Source of the DNA: Eledone cirrhosa
Lineage: Eukaryota
DNA length: 64,000 bases
Reading direction: 5' to 3'
Assembly (NCBI GenBank): GCA_964016885.1
Contig: OZ024762.1
Location: 14,074,001 to 14,138,000 of the forward strand
Position numbers and translations under genes: made by a program. The notes under the pieces are model-generated. The model ran no database searches. It saw nothing but the letters and a program-made list of their open reading frames with translations, and had not been told where the DNA came from. Below, piece after piece: positions 13,726 to 28,120 of this stretch (position 1 is its first letter; the number at the start of each line of letters is the position of its first letter).

Positions 13726-16700
13726 CTGTCAAAGACAAACAGAGACACTGCTTAGGCATCGACATAGATACCTGTCAAAGACAAACAGAGACACTGCTTA
13801 GACATCGACATAGATACCTGTCAAAGACAAACACAGACACTGCTTAGACATCGACATAGATACCTGTCAAAGACAAACAGAGACACTGCTTAGACATCGA
13901 CATAGATACCTGTCAAAGACAAACAGAGACACTGCTTAGACATCGACATAGATACCTGTCAAAGACAAACAGAGACACTGCTTAGGCATCGACATAGATA
14001 CCTGTCAAAGACAAACACAGACACTGCTTAGACATCGACATAGATACCTGTCAAAGACAAACACAGACACTGCTTAGACATCGACATAGATACCTGTCAA
14101 AGACAAACAGAGACACTGCTTAGACATCGACATAGATACCTGTCAAAGACAAACAGAGACACTGCTTAGACATCGACATAGATACCTGTCAAAGACAAAC
14201 AGAGACACTGCTTAGGCATCGACATAGATACCTGTCAAAGACAAACACAGACACTGCTTAGACATCGACATAGATACCTGTCAAAGACAAACACAGACAC
14301 TGCTTAGACATCGACATAGATACCTGTCAAAGACAAACACAGACACTGCTTAGACATCGACATAGATACCTGTCAAAGACAAACAGAGACACTGCTTAGG
14401 CATCGACATAGATACCTGTCAAAGACAAACACAGACACTGCTTAGACATCGACATAGATACCTGTCAAAGACAAACAGAGACACTGCTTAGACATCGACA
14501 TAGATACCTGTCAAAGACAAACACAGACACTGCTTAGACATCGACATAGATACCTGTCAAAGACAAACACAGACACTGCTTAGGCATCGACATAGATACC
14601 TGTCAAAGACAAACAGAGACACTGCTTAGGCATCGACATAGATACCTGTCAAAGACAAACAGAGACACTGCTTAGACATCGACATAGATACCTGTCAAAG
14701 ACAAACACAGACACTGCTTAGACATCGACATAGATACCTGTCAAAGACAAACACAGACACTGCTTAGGCATCGACATAGATACCTGTCAAAGACAAACAG
14801 AGACACTGCTTAGGCATCGACATAGATACCTGTCAAAGACAAACACAGACACTGCTTAGACATCGACATAGATACCTGTCAAAGACAAACACAGACACTG
14901 CTTAGACATCGACATAGATACCTGTCAAAGACAAACACAGACACTGCTTAGACATCGACATAGATACCTGTCAAAGACAAACACAGACACTGCTTAGGCA
15001 TCGACATAGATACCTGTCAAAGACAAACAGAGACACTGCTTAGGCATCGACATAGATACCTGTCAAAGACAAACAGAGACACTGCTTAGACATCGACATA
15101 GATACCTGTCAAAGACAAACAGAGACACTGCTTAGACATCGACATAGATACCTGTCAAAGACAAACACAGACACTGCTTAGGCATCGACATAGATACCTG
15201 TCAAAGACAAACACAGACACTGCTTAGGCATCGACATAGATACCTGTCAAAGACAAACACAGACACTGCTTAGGCATCGACATAGATACCTGTCAAAGAC
15301 AAACAGAGACACTGCTTAGGCATCGACATAGATACCTGTCAAAGACAAACACAGACACTGCTTAGACATCGACATAGATACCTGTCAAAGACAAACACAG
15401 ACACTGCTTAGACATCGACATAGATACCTGTCAAAGACAAACACAGACACTGCTTAGGCATCGACATAGATACCTGTCAAAGACAAACACAGACACTGCT
15501 TAGGCATCGACATAGATACCTGTCAAAGACAAACACAGACACTGCTTAGACATCGACATAGATACCTGTCAAAGACAAACAGAGACACTGCTTAGACATC
15601 GACATAGATACCTGTCAAAGACAAACACAGACACTGCTTAGACATCGACATAGATACCTGTCAAAGACAAACACAGACACTGCTTAGGCATCGACATAGA
15701 TACCTGTCAAAGACAAACAGAGACACTGCTTAGGCATCGACATAGATACCTGTCAAAGACAAACACAGACACTGCTTAGACATCGACATAGATACCTGTC
15801 AAAGACAAACACAGACACTGCTTAGACATCGACATAGATACCTGTCAAAGACAAACACAGACACTGCTTAGACATCGACATAGATACCTGTCAAAGACAA
15901 ACACAGACACTGCTTAGGCATCGACATAGATACCTGTCAAAGACAAACAGAGACACTGCTTAGACATCGACATAGATACCTGTCAAAGACAAACACAGAC
16001 ACTGCTTAGACATCGACATAGATACCTGTCAAAGACAAACAGAGACACTGCTTAGACATCGACATAGATACCTGTCAAAGACAAACACAGACACTGCTTA
16101 GACATCGACATAGATACCTGTCAAAGACAAACACAGACACTGCTTAGGCATCGACATAGATACCTGTCAAAGACAAACAGAGACACTGCTTAGACATCGA
16201 CATAGATACCTGTCAAAGACAAACACAGACACTGATTAGACATCGACATAGATACCTGTCAAAGACAAACACAGACACTGCTTAGGCATCGACATAGATA
16301 CCTGTCAAAGACAAACACAGACACTGCTTAGGCATCGACATAGATACCTGTCAAAGACAAACAGAGACACTGCTTAGACATCGACATAGATACCTGTCAA
16401 AGACAAACACAGACACTGCTTAGACATCGACATAGATACCTGTCAAAGACAAACACAGACACTGCTTAGACATCGACATAGATACCTGTCAAAGACAAAC
16501 AGAGACACTGCTTAGGCATCGACATAGATACCTGTCAAAGACAAACACAGACACTGCTTAGACATCGACATAGATACCTGTCAAAGACAAACAGAGACAC
16601 TGCTTAGGCATCGACATAGATACCTGTCAAAGACAAACAGAGACACTGCTTAGGCATCGACATAGATACCTGTCAAAGACAAACACAGACACTGCTTAGA

Positions 16701-19700
16701 CATCGACATAGATACCTGTCAAAGACAAACACAGACACTGCTTAGACATCGACATAGATACCTGTCAAAGACAAACAGAGACACTGCTTCGGCACGACAT
16801 AGATACCTGTCAAAGACAAACAGAGACACTGCTTAGACATCGACATAGATACCTGTCAAAGACAAACACAGACACTGCTTAGACATCGACATAGATACCT
16901 GTCAAAGACAAACAGAGACACTGCTTAGGCATCGACATAGATACCTGTCAAAGACAAACAGAGACACTGCTTAGACATCGACATAGATACCTGTCAAAGA
17001 CAAACACAGACACTGCTTAGGCATCGACATAGATACCTGTCAAAGACAAACAGAGACACTGCTTAGACATCGACATAGATACCTGTCAAAGACAAACAGA
17101 GACACTGCTTAGGCATCGACATAGATACCTGTCAAAGACAAACAGAGACACTGCTTAGACATCGACATAGATACCTGTCAAAGACAAACACAGACACTGC
17201 TTAGACATCGACATAGATACCTGTCAAAGACAAACACAGACACTGCTTAGACATCGACATAGATACCTGTCCAAAAGACATAACAGAGACACTGCTTAGG
17301 ACATCGACATAGATACCTGTCAAAGACAACAGAGACACTGCTAGACATCGACATAGATACCTGTCAAAGACAAACAGAGACACTGCTTAGGCATCGACAT
17401 AGATACCTGTCAAAGACAAAACAGAGACACTGCTTAGGCATCGACATAGATACCTGTCAAAGACAAACAGAGACACTGCTTAGGCATCGACATAGATACC
17501 TGTCAAAGACAAACAGAGACAACTGCTTAGGCATCGACATAGATACCTGTCAAAGACAAACAGAGACACTGCTTAGGACATCGACATAGATACCTGTCAA
17601 AGACAAACAGAGACACTGCTTAGGCATCGACATAGATACCTGTCAAAGACAAACAGAGACACTGCTTAGGCATCGACATAGATACCTGTCAAAGACAAAC
17701 AGAGACACTGCTTAGGACATCGACATAGATACCTGTCAAAGACAAACACGAGACACTGCTTAGACATCGACATAGATACCTGTCAAAGACAAACACAGAC
17801 ACTGCTTAGACATCGACATAGATACTGTCAAAGACAAACAGAGACACTGCTTAGGCATCGACATAGATACTGTCAAAGACAAACAGAGACACTGCTTAGA
17901 CATCGACATAGATACCTCGTCAAAGACAAAACAGAGACATGCTTAGGACATCGACATAATACCTGTCAAAGACAAACAGAGACCACTGCTTAGACATCGA
18001 CATAGATACCTGTCAAAGACAAACAGAGACACTGCTAGGCATCGACATAGATACCTGTCAAAGACAAACAGAGACACTGCTTAGACATCGACATAGATAC
18101 CTGTCAAAGACAAACACAGACACTGCTTAGACATCGACATAGATACCTGTCAAAGACAAACACGAGACACTGCTTAGACATCGACATAGATACCTGTCAA
18201 AGACAAACAGAGACACTGCTTAGGCATCGACATAGATACCTGTCAAAGACAAACAGAGACACTGCTTAGACACGACATAGATACCTGTCAAAGACAAACA
18301 CAGACACTGCTTAGACATCGACATAGATACCTGTCAAAGACAGACACTGCTTAGACATCGACATAGATACCTGTCAAAGACAAACACAGACACTGCTTAG
18401 ACATCGACATAGATACCTGTCAAAGACAAACACAGACACTGCTTAGACATCGACATAGATACCTGTCAAAGACAAACACAGACACTGCTTAGGCATCGAC
18501 ATAGATACCTGTCAAAGACAAACACAGACACTGCTTAGACATCGACATAGATACCTGTCAAAGACAAACACAGACACTGCTTAGACATCGACATAGATAC
18601 CTGTCAAAGACAAACAGAGACACTGCTTAGACATCGACATAGATACCTGTCAAAGACAAACACAGACACTGCTTAGGCATCGACATAGATACCTGTCAAA
18701 GACAAACACAGACACTGCTTAGACATCGACATAGATACCTGTCAAAGACAAACACAGACACTGCTTAGACATCGACATAGATACCTGTCAAAGACAAACA
18801 CAGACACTGCTTAGGACATCGACATAGATACCTGTCAAAGACAAACACAGACACTGCTTAGACATCGACATAGATACCTGTCAAAGACAAACAGAGACAC
18901 TGCTTAGACATCGACATAGATACCTGTCAAAGACAAACAGAGACACTGCTTAGACATCGACATAGATACCTGTCAAAGACAAACACAGACACTGCTTAGG
19001 CATCGACATAGATACCTGTCAAAGACAAACACAGACACTGCTTAGACATCGACATAGATACCTGTCAAAGACAAACACAGACACTGCTTAGGCATCGACA
19101 TAGATACCTGTCAAAGACAAACACAGACACTGCTTAGACATCGACATAGATACCTGTCAAAGACAAACACAGACACTGCTTAGACATCGACATAGATACC
19201 TGTCAAAGACAAACAGAGACACTGCTTAGACATCGACATAGATACCTGTCAAAGACAAACACAGACACTGCTTAGGCATCGACATAGATACCTGTCAAAG
19301 ACAAACACAGACACTGCTTAGACATCGACATAGATACCTGTCAAAGACAAACACAGACACTGCTTAGACATCGACATAGATACCTGTCAAAGACAAACAC
19401 AGACACTGCTTAGACATCGACATAGATACCTGTCAAAGACAAACACAGACACTGCTTAGGACATCGACATAGATACCTGTCAAAGACAAACACAGACACT
19501 GCTTAGACATCGACATAGATACCTGTCAAAGACAAACACAGACACTGCTTAGGCATCGACATAGATACCTGTCAAAGACAAACAGAGACACTGCTTAGAC
19601 ATCGACATAGATACCTGTCAAAGACAAACACAGACACTGCTTAGACATCGACATAGATACCTGTCAAAGACAAACACAGACACTGCTTAGACATCGACAT

Positions 19701-22700
19701 AGATACCTGTCAAAGACAAACACAGACACTGCTTAGACATCGACATAGATACCTGTCAAAGACAAACACAGACACTGCTTAGGCATCGACATAGATACCT
19801 GTCAAAGACAAACACAGACACTGCTTAGACATCGACATAGATACCTGTCAAAGACAAACACAGACACTGCTTAGGCATCGACATAGATACCTGTCAAAGA
19901 CAAACACAGACACTGCTTAGACATCGACATAGATACCTGTCAAAGACAAACACAGACACTGCTTAGACATCGACATAGATACCTGTCAAAGACAAACACA
20001 GACACTGCTTAGACATCGACATAGATACCTGTCAAAGACAAACACAGACACTGCTTAGACATCGACATAGATACCTGTCAAAGACAAACACAGACACTGC
20101 TTAGACATCGACATAGATACCTGTCAAAGACAAACACAGACACTGCTTAGGCATCGACATAGATACCTGTCAAAGACAAACACAGACACTGCTTAGACAT
20201 CGACATAGATACCTGTCAAAGACAAACACAGACACTGCTTAGGCATCGACATAGATACCTGTCAAAGACAAACACAGACACTGCTTAGACATCGACATAG
20301 ATACCTGTCAAAGACAAACACAGACACTGCTTAGGCATCGACATAGATACCTGTCAAAGACAAACACAGACACTGCTTAGACATCGACATAGATACCTGT
20401 CAAAGACAAACACAGACACTGCTTAGACATCGACATAGATACCTGTCAAAGACAAACACAGACACTGCTTAGACATCGACATAGATACCTGTCAAAGACA
20501 AACACAGACACTGCTTAGGCATCGACATAGATACCTGTCAAAGACAAACACAGACACTGCTTAGGCATCGACATAGATACCTGTCAAAGACAAACACAGA
20601 CACTGCTTAGACATCGACATAGATACCTGTCAAAGACAAACACAGACACTGCTTAGGCATCGACATAGATACCTGTCAAAGACAAACACAGACACTGCTT
20701 AGACATCGACATAGATACCTGTCAAAGACAAACAGAGACACTGCTTAGGCATCGACATAGATACCTGTCAAAGACAAACACAGACACTGCTTAGACATCG
20801 ACATAGATACCTGTCAAAGACAAACACAGACACTGCTTAGGCATCGACATAGATACCTGTCAAAGACAAACACAGACACTGCTTAGACATCGACATAGAT
20901 ACCTGTCAAAGACAAACACAGACACTGCTTAGGCATCGACATAGATACCTGTCAAAGACAAACACAGACACTGCTTAGACATCGACATAGATACCTGTCA
21001 AAGACAAACACAGACACTGCTTAGGCATCGACATAGATACCTGTCAAAGACAAACACAGACACTGCTTAGACATCGACATAGATACCTGTCAAAGACAAA
21101 CACAGACACTGCTTAGGCATCGACATAGATACCTGTCAAAGACAAACACAGACACTGCTTAGACATCGACATAGATACCTGTCAAAGACAAACACAGACA
21201 CTGCTTAGACATCGACATAGATACCTGTCAAAGACAAACAGAGACACTGCTTAGGCATCGACATAGATACCTGTCAAAGACAAACAGAGACACTGCTTAG
21301 GCATCGACATAGATACCTGTCAAAGACAAACACAGACACTGCTTAGACATCGACATAGATACCTGTCAAAGACAAACACAGACACTGCTTAGACATCGAC
21401 ATAGATACCTGTCAAAGACAAACACAGACACTGCTTAGACATCGACATAGATACCTGTCAAAGACAAACAGAGACACTGCTTAGGCATCGACATAGATAC
21501 CTGTCAAAGACAAACACAGACACTGCTTAGACATCGACATAGATACCTGTCAAAGACAAACACAGACACTGCTTAGGCATCGACATAGATACCTGTCAAA
21601 GACAAACACAGACACTGCTTAGACATCGACATAGATACCTGTCAAAGACAAACAGAGACACTGCTTAGGCATCGACATAGATACCTGTCAAAGACAAACA
21701 CAGACACTGCTTAGACATCGACATAGATACCTGTCAAAGACAAACACAGACACTGCTTAGACATCGACATAGATACCTGTCAAAGACAAACAGAGACACT
21801 GCTTAGGCATCGACATAGATACCTGTCAAAGACAAACAGAGACACTGCTTAGGCATCGACATAGATACCTGTCAAAGACAAACACAGACACTGCTTAGAC
21901 ATCGACATAGATACCTGTCAAAGACAAACACAGACACTGCTTAGACATCGACATAGATACCTGTCAAAGACAAACAGAGACACTGCTTAGGCATCGACAT
22001 AGATACCTGTCAAAGACAAACAGAGACACTGCTTAGGCATCGACATAGATACCTGTCAAAGACAAACACAGACACTGCTTAGACATCGACATAGATACCT
22101 GTCAAAGACAAACACAGACACTGCTTAGACATCGACATAGATACCTGTCAAAGACAAACAGAGACACTGCTTAGGCATCGACATAGATACCTGTCAAAGA
22201 CAAACACAGACACTGCTTAGGCATCGACATAGATACCTGTCAAAGACAAACACAGACACTGCTTAGACATCGACATAGATACCTGTCAAAGACAAACACA
22301 GACACTGCTTAGACATCGACATAGATACCTGTCAAAGACAAACACAGACACTGCTTAGACATCGACATAGATACCTGTCAAAGACAAACAGAGACACTGC
22401 TTAGGCATCGACATAGATACCTGTCAAAGACAAACACAGACACTGCTTAGACATCGACATAGATACCTGTCAAAGACAAACACAGACACTGCTTAGCTGC
22501 TTAGGCATCGACATAGATACCTGTCAAAGACAAACACAGACACTGCTTAGACATCGACATAGATACCTGTCAAAGACAAACACAGACACTGCTTAGACAT
22601 CGACATAGATACCTGTCAAAGACAAACAGAGACACTGCTTAGGCATCGACATAGATACCTGTCAAAGACAAACAGAGACACTGCTTAGGCATCGACATAG

Positions 22701-25094
22701 ATACCTGTCAAAGACAAACACAGACACTGCTTAGACATCGACATAGATACCTGTCAAAGACAAACACAGACACTGCTTAGACATCGACATAGATACCTGT
22801 CAAAGACAAACACAGACACTGCTTAGACATCGACATAGATACCTGTCAAAGACAAACAGAGACACTGCTTAGGCATCGACATAGATACCTGTCAAAGACA
22901 AACACAGACACTGCTTAGACATCGACATAGATACCTGTCAAAGACAAACAGAGACACTGCTTAGGCATCGACATAGATACCTGTCAAAGACAAACACAGA
23001 CACTGCTTAGACATCGACATAGATACCTGTCAAAGACAAACAGAGACACTGCTTAGGCATCGACATAGATACCTGTCAAAGACAAACACAGACACTGCTT
23101 AGACATCGACATAGATACCTGTCAAAGACAAACACAGACACTGCTTAGACATCGACATAGATACCTGTCAAAGACAAACACAGACACTGCTTAGGCATCG
23201 ACATAGATACCTGTCAAAGACAAACACAGACACTGCTTAGGCATCGACATAGATACCTGTCAAAGACAAACACAGACACTGCTTAGACATCGACATAGAT
23301 ACCTGTCAAAGACAAACACAGACACTGCTTAGACATCGACATAGATACCTGTCAAAGACAAACAGAGACACTGCTTAGACATCGACATAGATACCTGTCA
23401 AAGACAAACACAGACACTGCTTAGACATCGACATAGATACCTGTCAAAGACAAACACAGACACTGCTTAGACATCGACATAGATACCTGTCAAAGACAAA
23501 CAGAGACACTGCTTAGGCATCGACATAGATACCTGTCAAAGACAAACAGAGACACTGCTTAGGCATCGACATAGATACCTGTCAAAGACAAACACAGACA
23601 CTGCTTAGACATCGACATAGATACCTGTCAAAGACAAACACAGACACTGCTTAGACATCGACATAGATACCTGTCAAAGACAAACAGAGACACTGCTTAG
23701 GCATCGACATAGATACCTGTCAAAGACAAACAGAGACACTGCTTAGGCATCGACATAGGTACCTGTCAAAGACAAACACAGACACTGCTTAGACATCGAC
23801 ATAGATACCTGTCAAAGACAAACACAGACACTGCTTAGACATCGACATAGATACCTGTCAAAGACAAACACAGACACTGCTTAGACATCGACATAGATAC
23901 CTGTCAAAGACAAACAGAGACACTGCTTAGGCATCGACATAGATACCTGTCAAAGACAAACACAGACACTGCTTAGACATCGACATAGATACCTGTCAAA
24001 GACAAACACAGACACTGCTTAGGCATCGACATAGATACCTGTCAAAGACAAACACAGACACTGCTTAGACATCGACATAGATACCTGTCAAAGACAAACA
24101 CAGACACTGCTTAGACATCGACATAGATACCTGTCAAAGACAAACAGAGACACTGCTTAGGCATCGACATAGATACCTGTCAAAGACAAACAGAGACACT
24201 GCTTAGGCATCGACATAGATACCTGTCAAAGACAAACACAGACACTGCTTAGACATCGACATAGATACCTGTCAAAGACAAACACAGACACTGCTTAGAC
24301 ATCGACATAGATACCTGTCAAAGACAAACACATACACTGCTTAGACATCGACATAGATACCTGTCAAAGACAAACAGAGACACTGCTTAGGCATCGACAT
24401 AGATACCTGTCAAAGACAAACACAGACACTGCTTAGACATCGACATAGATACCTGTCAAAGACAAACAGAGACACTGCTTAGGCATCGACATAGATACCT
24501 GTCAAAGACAAACACAGACACTGCTTAGACATCGACATAGATACCTGTCAAAGACAAACAGAGACACTGCTTAGGCATCGACATAGATACCTGTCAAAGA
24601 CAAACACAGACACTGCTTAGACATCGACATAGATACCTGTCAAAGACAAACACAGACACTGCTTAGACATCGACATAGATACCTGTCAAAGACAAACACA
24701 GACACTGCTTAGGCATCGACATAGATACCTGTCAAAGACAAACACAGACACTGCTTAGGCATCGACATAGATACCTGTCAAAGACAAACACAGACACTGC
24801 TTAGACATCGACATAGATACCTGTCAAAGACAAACACAGACACTGCTTAGACATCGACATAGATACCTGTCAAAGACAAACAGAGACACTGCTTAGACAT
24901 CGACATAGATACCTGTCAAAGACAAACACAGACACTGCTTAGACATCGACATAGATACCTGTCAAAGACAAACACAGACACTGCTTAGACATCGACATAG
25001 ATACCTGTCAAAGACAAACAGAGACACTGCTTAGACATCGACATAGATACCTGTCAAAGACAAACAGAGACACTGCTTAGGCATCGACATAGAT
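13709..25094 (-). repeat. 46-bp tandem satellite (~247 copies) built from the exon f splice acceptor plus the exon start
   Basis: Period 46 (catcgacata at 13711, 13757, ...). Transcript-strand unit is GTATCTATGTCGATG(T/C)CTAAGCAGTGTCT(C/G)TGTTTGTCTTTGACAG. The last copy runs directly into exon f. Confidence 0.99.
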
Positions 25095-25161
25095 GAGAGA
25101 GATATTATATATGTAATATATATATATAACTGTCGTATATAACATAAATATGCATACACAT

Positions 25162-25350
25162 ATTGTTTCTACGTTTGGCACAAGGCCAGCAAAAACCCAG
25201 TGCATTACTGGTACTTTATTTTATCGACCCCGTAAGGATGAAAGGCAAAGTTATCCTCGGCGGGATTTGAACTCACAATGGCAAGGACCGTAACTCTATA
25301 CATCAAAGCATGGCGTCCGACCCTCTACCGTTACTGCCAATCCACAGCCC
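25162..25350 (-). mobile_element. Full-length tRNA-derived SINE about 70 bp from the distal end of the satellite
   Basis: Same family as 7156-7707. Confidence 0.88.
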
Positions 25351-25429
25351 TCCACACATATAATATATCTATAAACTGTCGTATATGTGAATATACATTT
25401 TGCTTTTACTTCTTTTTCTATCTATCTAT

Positions 25430-25465
25430 CTATCTATATCGATATATGTATATATATATATATAT

Positions 25466-25531
<66 letters not shown>

Positions 25532-25575
25532 ATATATATATATATATATATCGATATATATATATATATATATAT

Positions 25576-25611
<36 letters not shown>

Positions 25612-25782
25612 ATATATATATATATATATATATCGATATATATATATATATATATATCGATATATATATATATATATATATCGATATATATATATATATA
25701 TATATATCGATATATGTATATATATATATATATATATCGATATATATATATATATCGATATATATATATATATATATATCGA

Positions 25783-25821
<39 letters not shown>

Positions 25822-26086
25822 ATATGTATATATATATATATATCGATATATGTATATATGTATATATATATATATATATCGATATATGTATATATATATA
25901 TATATATATCGATATATGTATATATATATATATATCGATATATGTATATATGTATATATATGTATATCGATGTATGTATATATATATATATCGATATATG
26001 TATATATATATATCGATATATGTATATATATATATCGATATATGTATATATATATATATCGATATATGTATATATATATATATCGA

Positions 26087-26126
<40 letters not shown>

Positions 26127-26128
26127 GA

Positions 26129-26165
<37 letters not shown>

Positions 26166-26180
26166 CGATGTATGTATATA
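25430..26180. repeat. (TA)n microsatellite regularly punctuated by ATCGAT
   Basis: tatatatcgatatata recurs every ~20-30 bp. Confidence 0.92.
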
Positions 26181-26359
26181 TATTACGCCAGTTAATTTGT
26201 TTTCCACGAAATAAAAACGTTGACAACGACAAAAGTAAAATGGATGACAATATCACCTGTAACTTAAACAACAACACCACCAACAATGACGGCTTTGATT
26301 AACATTATTGTTTGCCTCGCAACTAAATTATTATTATTTATAATAATAATAATAATAAT

Positions 26360-27290
26360 GGTTTCTTATATAGGCACAAGGCCAGCAATTTTTTGGGGGG
26401 TGGGGGGAGGGGAAATTCGATAAAATCGACCCCAGTGCGTGACTAGTACTTTATTTTATCGATCCCGTAAGGATGAAAGGCAAAGTTAACCTCGGCAGGA
26501 TTTGAGCTCAGATCATAAAGGGCCGTAACTCTATGCGTCAAAGCATGGCGTCCCACCCTCTACCGATACTGCCAATCCACCGCCCCTAATAATAATAATA
26601 ATATATGATTAAGGCACGAGACCAACAATTTTTAGGGGTTGTGGGGAGAGTAAAGTCGATTAACTCGATCCCAGTACATTAGTGGTACTTTGTTTTATCG
26701 ACCCTCTTTCATCCTTACGAGTTCGATAAAATAAAGTACCAGTCATGCACTGGGTCGATTTAATTGACTTTACTGCATCCCACCCCCGCAAAAATATAAA
26801 ATTATTGGCCTTGCGTCTATAGTAGAAACAATTATTGGTGAATTGACAGTATCGGTAGAGCGTCAGATACTGTGCTTTGCAGCATAGAGTTATCGCCCTT
26901 TATGGTTTGACTTCAAATCCCGCCGAGGTTAACTTTGCCTTTCATCCCTATGTGGTCGATAAAATAAAGTACCAGTAATACACTGGCTTAATTGCTGGCC
27001 TTGTGCCAAAAGTAGAAACAACTCAAACTTAACCTCGTCTGAGTTCAAATCCAGTCGAGGTTAACTTTCCTTTTCATCCTTACGGGGTCAATAAAATAAA
27101 GTACCAGTAATGCACTGGGGGTTGAGTCAATCGACTTGCCCCTCTCTCCCCCTAAAATTGTTGGCCTTCTGCCTAAATCAGAAACCATTAAGGGCGGTTT
27201 ATTGGCAATTTTCGTAGAGGGTCAGAGAACATGCTTTGCAGTATAGAGTTTGTGGCCTTTAAAGTTTTGAGTTCAAACCCTGCTTCATTT
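26360..27290. mobile_element. Cluster of six full or partial SINE copies in both orientations
   Basis: Minus: ~26360-26587 and ~26610-26705. Plus: ~26706-26835, ~26836-27021, ~27035-27190 and ~27191-27290. Confidence 0.85.
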
Positions 27291-27921
27291 GAACCCCAAA
27301 CCTAAAGGGTCTTACAAAGTAGTGTGTATAACTGTGTATATATATTACCATATTGAGTGTGTTGATACACACAGACAGACACACACGCATACACACACAC
27401 ACTCGCATACATACACATATACACACATACAAATGGACGGTGAGCCATAGATAGATAATTAGAGAGAGAGATAGTCTGAGAGAAGTTGATATGATACTCA
27501 CACAAACACATACATACACACACACACTCGCATACATACACACACACACATATACACACATACACACATACAAATGGACGGTGGGCCAAAGACAGATAGA
27601 TAGATAGATAGATAATTAGGGAGAGAGATAGTCTGAGAGAAGTTGATACTCACACAAACACATATATATATATATATATTTACAGAGAGAGTGTGAGAGA
27701 AGTTGACACACACATACACACACACACACACACACATGTATATTTACAGAGAGAGATAGAGAGATAGACCGAGAGAACACACTCACACACACACACACAT
27801 ATATATACACACACATATATATATATATATATTTACAGAGAGGGAGAGAGAAATAGTCTTGGAGAAGATGACATATATACAGTATATATATATATATATA
27901 TATATATACATGCATACATAC

Positions 27922-27952
<31 letters not shown>

Positions 27953-28076
27953 ACAAACAAACAAGTAAACAGTGTGTAGTTTAGTATTCAGAAAGATACG
28001 GCTACCAAAGCTTCTATACTGAATTCCAGTCACGTTACACGGTAAATCCGCCATTAAAATCCGTCTTGCATTACCA

Positions 28077-28120
<44 letters not shown>

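Noticed and set aside
16780-18350. Zone of 1-nt indels in the satellite as a diverged sub-array
   Set aside because: Scattered single-base indels, and 'ggacatc' merging both alleles, look like long-read consensus error rather than biology.
13709-25094. CRISPR-like array or repeat-encoded protein
   Set aside because: Units are contiguous with no unique spacers and there are no cas genes. The 46-bp period breaks frame and contains stops.
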